A stretch of DNA of 63,499 bases, the filler included, from Olpidium bornovanus S191 (lineage: Eukaryota > Fungi > Olpidiomycota): assembly GCA_017911155.1 (NCBI GenBank). It is 26 parts of 26 records of this genome, joined end to end, with 100 filler letters (N's around TTAATTAATTAA, not from the genome) between each part and the next. Parts side by side here need not be neighbours in the genome. Positions count along the whole stretch, not along the records: positions 58,473 to 61,193 come from JAEFCI010005612.1; positions 61,294 to 63,499 come from JAEFCI010008538.1; 24 more parts are not named here. One strand, written 5' to 3'. The position numbers and the translations under genes are program-made. Below the pieces are notes generated by a model. The model was not told the origin of the DNA. It saw only the letters and a list, made by a program, of their open reading frames with translations, and did not search any database. Positions 58,473-63,499 of this stretch are shown piece by piece. The first letter of the stretch is position 1; every line of letters begins with the position of its first letter.

Positions 58473-60569
58473 AATACCATCGTCATCAGTGCCCAGCACA
58501 ACTGGCATTTTGGCGTCCAAGAACTGTCTGACGGTCAATCCGGCAACGTCTTCGGAATTGGGCGACAGGACCAGGTGCAAATTGCTGGTCATGTTCAACT
58601 CGCAGATGATGCCTTTGGACGTGATCATAGCCCGGGCCCTTTGGGCCATTTCGCTGCTGCGGTGCAGGAACGCAACGCCGTGGCCGACCCGCAGGTTGCG
58701 CCCGATCCCATCGTGAATCCGTTCGAGCCCGTCGAGGACGATGCTCAGGTGCGTCTCGAACGCGATCTGAGCGCAGGACGCCGGGTTCGGCACGGACGGC
58801 GGCAGAGGCAGCGACTCGCCGCAATGGACGCGGATCCCAAACCGCTTCTGGAACCGGCGCATGGACCAGACGACGCCGCCGGGCCCGATGAAGCCGGAGT
58901 GTACGAATGCGCAGTACGGGAAGCCGAACTCGTCGCCGACCCAGTCCAGGCCGACCACGTAGTCCTTCCAGATCGGATGCAGCGACCCGCCCTCGTCCAA
59001 AACCTCGGTCCGGATCCGCTCCAGCAGGGCGCCCTTGTCGAAGATGGCGGGGAACGCGCGCTCGACCTTCCTGTCCGATTCCGACGGTGTTGACGCCCGG
59101 CTGCATAGCTCCCTGGCGCGCCTCCCTTGCTCCTCGTTCAGGAAGCCGATCGCCTGCCAGGGCGTTTGAAGACGGTGCCCCGGTTCTTTGTAGACTCCGC
59201 CACGGTTGAATGCCGCCAAGAACCCGTATAAAAACGATCGGGGTTTGGGGAGATACATTCCAAGAACTCGTGCCCACGCAGGCTTCAGGTTTAATCGAGG
59301 CCGTAATGCGTTATATCGTATGGAGCTGCGCGGATTGTCTTCCGGCGTTGTCTGCGCGGTTTTGTTCCCAGAGACGGCCGCGCCAACCGCATCGGCAACG
59401 GGCGCGTCCGCCGCATCAGCAACGGGCGCGTCAGCCGCATCGGCAGCGGCCGCGTCCGCCTTCTGTTCGGTCTGCGGCCCAACAACAGGCCGACCTTTCG
59501 CCGGGTCCGGCGCTCGACTCTGCTTCCCGGATTTCGTCGAAATCCTCAGCGGTGTGCTCGGCTCCGTAAAGACCTGCTTCACCAGGTGTTTGCAGACATC
59601 AACGTTTAACAGATCGTTGGCCGACAGGGAGAACTCGGCGTAACGGACGCCGGCCTTGTCGTACCGGGCGATGGCATTATTGAGCAGGATGGACAGCACC
59701 TCGAGACGCTGCTGGTAGATGCAGTCCTTCATTCGGAATCGTTTCGGGTAGAACTCGGGCGTGAACGCCTGCTTGTAGGTGTTGAGGTCCGGCCTGGACG
59801 GCGCGTTTCCGTCTTTGCTCAGCATAGAGAACCCGTTGCGAACCGCGGCACGAATCGTCTCGGGCGAGTCGTCGCCGTCGTCGCCGCCCCCGCCGGCTGC
59901 CTGCATGAGTCGCACCAGGTCCGAGTTGGTGACCCCTCGCACCAGCTGGAACTCGCGCCTCCTGGCGTTAAAAATGATGAACGGCCGCATGGGCGTCGAC
60001 CCCAGGTGAAACTCCAGAGTGGCGGCCCGGGACTCGTCGGAAAGCGTCCTCTGCCGCTTGCGCGGTGGAGGGGAGGGGTTATCGTCTCTGCCGGACCTGA
60101 ACTTGTTCTGAAGGTCGAACAGCAGGAACAGGGCGTCGTCGCTGTAGACGACGTCGTTGGTGTAGGTCGCCAAGAACCATTTCAGTTTCCGGCCCTCTTG
60201 TTCGCCGAGTTGGTCCCGAAGCGGCTGGTCCAACTTGAACAGGTACCCGCCCGAGTTCTTGAGGTCGACACGGTTGGCGGCGAGATCGTCGACGAGCCTT
60301 TCCACACTGTCCCTGATCGAAGTCCTGTCCGCTTCCAACTGAGAAATTAGCAGTGTTTTCAGATGCTGCTCGAGCGCCGCTCTTTCCCACGTCTGATCGA
60401 CGCAGACCCTTGGGAGGTAGGTCTCCATGATGCGATTGACCCAGAAGTCGGCCGATCCCATTCCCAGCAGATGGGTGTGCAGCTCAACCAAGCGCTTGGA
60501 GCGGACATGACGGTCCAGCTCGGCCTCAATCTGGTTCTGCTGGTCGGCAGGCACGCCGCCGTCCGGCAT
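58473..60569 (-). CDS. Adenosine/AMP deaminase-like amidohydrolase, intronless, 3'-truncated (~700 aa visible)
   Basis: Ordered ADA-family motifs: ELHTHL (HxH), GLDWVGDE, VHCGE (HAGE), RVGHG, CELNMTSN and GTDDDG (STDD). Confidence 0.85.
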
Positions 60570-60639
60570 CGCGGGCGGGTGGAAGTCTGCAGGATTGGAC
60601 TTCTGCCGGGCGGCGGCGCCGGTTTTTTCGCCACGACCG

Positions 60640-60720
60640 AGGGGCCAGAATGCGCGTTCGTGCGGGGTCCGGCACGCGTGTTCGCGCGGGGTCCGTCACG
60701 CGTGTTCGTGCGTGGTCCGG
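60640..60720. repeat. 3 x 24-bp tandem repeat upstream of the deaminase ORF
   Basis: On the minus strand: cacgaacacgcgtgacggaccccg / cgcgaacacgcgtgccggaccccg / cacgaacgcgcattctggcccc. Confidence 0.8.
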
Positions 60721-61295
60721 AACACTCCCCGAGGGGTGAGAGGCACGCCTGGTCCAACAAAAAACGCCGCAGCGCAAACGCAACGGGCCCTCCCAAGCCG
60801 TGCAGTCCCATCGCCCCGCGCACCGCGCCTGCACCACCTGCACCAGGATGATGTTTCGGCGCCGTAGAGGAGTTCTGGGGGTAACGGCTTCCCGACACTT
60901 GTGCGAGTCTCAGCCATTATATGCAGTACTGCAAAGACAAAAGATCATCCCAAGGAATCTCCCACGTTTTTGAAGAGATAAACGCTTTTTAGAGGCAATT
61001 CCTGAGTCAGCGGAACAGACTTCCAAAAAAAAAACCAAGTCTTCGGCAACTGTGTCGGTCGCGAGACATCTGTACCGGCAGCCGTTATAAAGCGCTCGGC
61101 ACTCACGGAGTCATTTTCAGGGTCATCCAACGGCTGGCAAAGGATTATTTGCACTGCATTGAACAGAATGTGGTTGATGCAGTTCCTCCCATGNNNNNNN
61201 NNNNNNNNNNNNNNNNNNNNNNNNNNNNNNNNNNNNNTTAATTAATTAANNNNNNNNNNNNNNNNNNNNNNNNNNNNNNNNNNNNNNNNNNNNAG

Positions 61296-61328
<33 letters not shown>

Positions 61329-61402
61329 GCGCGGAAACCCCCCCACGGAGGAAAGAGAAAAACCACGGCCCGCACGCCCGCCGCACACCCCCGCCCGCGG
61401 CC

Positions 61403-61652
61403 ATGGTCGTCAGCGCGACCTCCTCGCCGCCCCTCGTCTCCGCCGCCGCCGCCGCAGCCGCCGCGCAGGGTCTCGACCTCCGCCGCCGCCGCTCCCACCA
61501 CCACCACCACCACCACCACCACCATCACCAACACCAACACCAACACCACCCCCCCCGCCAGAACCACCATCACCACCAACCCCACCTCCTCCACAACCAC
61601 CGCGACCAACCACCACCCCCCCACCCCCACGTCCTCCTCCCGAACCGCGACC

Positions 61653-61686
<34 letters not shown>

Positions 61687-63464
61687 CAGCGAACCCCGCC
61701 ACCGCGCGAAGCAGCAGCAGCAGCAGCTGCTGCACCTCCACCTCCACCACCTCCAGCTCCAGCATCAGCAGCACCGGCCCGGGGACCCCCCGGAGGAGTC
61801 CCCGCCGCCGCCGGCCCCCCCGCCCCCCCCGCCCCCCCCGCCGCCGCCGCCGGTCCAGGCTCCGGCCCTTCACGCCCTGGGGCGGGGGGGGTCGGCGTGG
61901 CGCCAGCAGCCCTCGCCCATGTCCATTACCGAGCTCTGCAACGCCCCGACGTCCGACACCTACGACGCGGGCGGCGGCCGCCGCCGAGCTTCCCGCGGCA
62001 AGGAAGACGACGAGGAGGAGGAGGACGAGGAGGGCGGCGACCGGGACGACGACACCGTGGCGTCCGCGAACAACCCGGCGCCGCCGTCGTCCTCGTCGCC
62101 GAGCCGCTCGTTTTCCGCCTTTGCGCCGTCCTCGCTGTGCGGGGCGGACGCCGCCGGGGCGGCCGGGTGCGGCGGCCCCGATCACCAGCAGCAGCAGGAG
62201 CAGCAGCTCCACCACCTCCACCACCTCCACCACCACTCCCATTCCCTTTACGCATACCAACAGCAGCAGCAGCAGCAGCTCCAGCAGCGGGAGCACCAGC
62301 AGGAGCACGCGCAGGGCGGCGTGCCGTACCCGGATCTGCCCCTCCACCCGAGCGCGAAGGAGGTCGGCGACGGCGGCGTCGAGGACGAGCTGGGGAAGCA
62401 CGATTTGGACGTCCAGCTCGCGGCGCGCGCCCTCGGCAACCTGCGCCACCATCGGCACCGGACGCTCTCGGCGTCCTCGTCCTTGTCGGCCTCGTCGTCC
62501 ACGGCCGCGATGAACTCGCCGGTGCCGTGCTCGCCCGCCACGGTGCTGCCTCCCATCAACACGTTCCCCGATATGCCGCCGTCTCTGCCGCCGCTGGCGG
62601 GGTTTCCCGCCTCCCCGGCCGCGATCCCGCCCGGAAGCGCCTACCACGCCCACCACCTCCACCACCAGCAGCACCTGGCCGACCCCGCGCACTCCCGCCA
62701 CCATGAGCACCGCCACCACGCGGACCACCACCCGATGCACTCGTCGGGGTCGGAGCATTTCATCTCCAGGGTGTCAAACATACCCCTGGTGAACTCGGCC
62801 CTAAAGGCGTACGAGCAGAGCAAGGCCAACTCCAAGGTAGTGAAGTACGCGGCCGAGGGGGTGGAGAGCGGCGTCCAGAAGGTGTGGAAGCCGGTGGTCA
62901 GCAAGCTCGAACCGCAGCTGGGGCAGTTGGACGAGTTCGCCTGCAGGCAGCTGGATAAGGTGCGCCGAGCGGGGTAAAATTTATTCTTTTGTCCTTGCCG
63001 TCGTTCCCTTCGGGTGGCAAGGGTCCGCAATATGGGGAAGCCCGTGGATTCACCCCGGTTTCTCTCTTCCGCACGGCACGCATCTCCCGCTTTTCTGGGA
63101 AAAAAATAATTGCAGCTCGAGCAAAAGTTCCCGTCCATTATGGAGTCGACTCCGACAGACATTTACACGTCCTCGAAAAAGACCGTGGGCGACGCCGTGT
63201 ACCGACTTCTTCCGACGTCTTCCGCGCCGGCCGCGGCAGCCAGGTCCCCGGCTGACGAGGACCCCGCCGCGTCGCCGCATTCTCACGATATGGAAATTGA
63301 CGAGCCCGGGCCGTCGTCTGCGCCGCCGCCGGTACATCCGGCGAGCCGGCCGATGGGCGTTGCGGGGCAGGATCTCCAGCATGACTGGCGGCGCGGGGAA
63401 CACGAGTACGAGATGCGGTGTGAGATGCGGCGACGGCACGCCAGTCGAGGAGAAGATTACCGAG
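61403..63464 (+). CDS. OPI1: Opi1-family transcriptional regulator (exons 61403-62959, 63116-63464, continues beyond the window)
   Basis: DLDVQLAARALGNLR and FISRVSNIPLVNSALKAYEQSKANSKVVKYAAEGVESGV..QLDEFACRQLDK|LEQKFP are the conserved Opi1-family blocks; long poly-H, -D, -Q and -P tracts lie N-terminally. Confidence 0.88.
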
Positions 63465-63499
63465 GTGAGCGCGCGTTTCGCCCGTCTCGATTTTGCGGG

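Larger units (their letters stand above)
1247..61293. other. 25 artificial contig-joining spacers (N44-TTAATTAATTAA-N44, ~100 bp each)
   Basis: Identical spacers start at 1247, 3915, 5247, 8915, 11936, 14029, 15671, 17494, 22098, 25169, 26478, 30303, 32096, 34168, 37913, 39461, 40898, 45413, 48163, 49945, 51234, 54024, 55749, 58373 and 61194. TTAATTAATTAA gives stop codons in all six frames, and genes are cut mid-exon at the spacers. Confidence 0.98.

Noticed and set aside
1661-63439. Most long Arg/Pro/Gly/Ala-rich ORFs in the supplied track (e.g. 1771-2754, 19034-20194, 42146-42913, 61238-62758)
   Set aside because: They are antisense or off-frame shadows of GC-rich genes and repeat leaders, or are read through homopolymers and N runs.
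1-63499. CRISPR array, rRNA or tRNA genes
   Set aside because: All repeats are head-to-tail with no unique spacers. No rRNA-like sequence was seen, and the tRNA-like GGGCTCATAACC matches are isolated primer-binding sites without a cloverleaf.

Overview
This is eukaryotic, GC-rich, intron-rich fungal DNA, and it is not one contiguous locus. It consists of 26 short contigs (about 1.2-4.5 kb) joined by 25 artificial ~100-bp spacers (N44-TTAATTAATTAA-N44), so neighbours across a spacer are not known to be linked. Hand splicing recovers recognisable, mostly partial genes: MTR10/transportin-SR, an AT-hook protein, enkurin, POC1, a TFIIIC sub6-domain protein, SDF2, a Fus3/Kss1-type MAPK, an APSES/KilA-N protein, PHAF1/UPF0183, IST3/RBMX2, an AVO2-like ankyrin protein, a Zn-dependent MDR dehydrogenase, an APC permease, PRP39, COX4/COX5B, an AreA-type GATA factor, CLUAP1/IFT38, ARPC1, an adenosine-deaminase-like enzyme and OPI1. 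Flagellar/centriolar genes together with Opi1-, Avo2- and APSES-type regulators point to a zoosporic fungus close to the terrestrial fungi (Olpidium-like; inference only). LTR retrotransposon debris is abundant: copia RT/RNaseH relics, a gypsy integrase, gag ORFs and a solo LTR with an intact 5-bp TSD. The most interesting signals are: (1) three LTR-element starts sharing a half-tRNA(iMet) primer site, GGTTATGAGCCCAAC, two of them followed by Ty3/gypsy-looking gag; (2) a decayed, intronless stand-alone SET-domain gene abutting one of these elements; (3) an intronless 2.1-kb adenosine-deaminase-like ORF with all metal ligands intact; (4) an ~82% AT island between head-to-head LTRs; (5) GC-AG introns and frequent AAG acceptors; (6) CATG at 17 of 50 contig ends, probably a library artefact. 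No rRNA, tRNA gene or CRISPR array could be supported. All family calls are from motif recognition by eye, not database searches.
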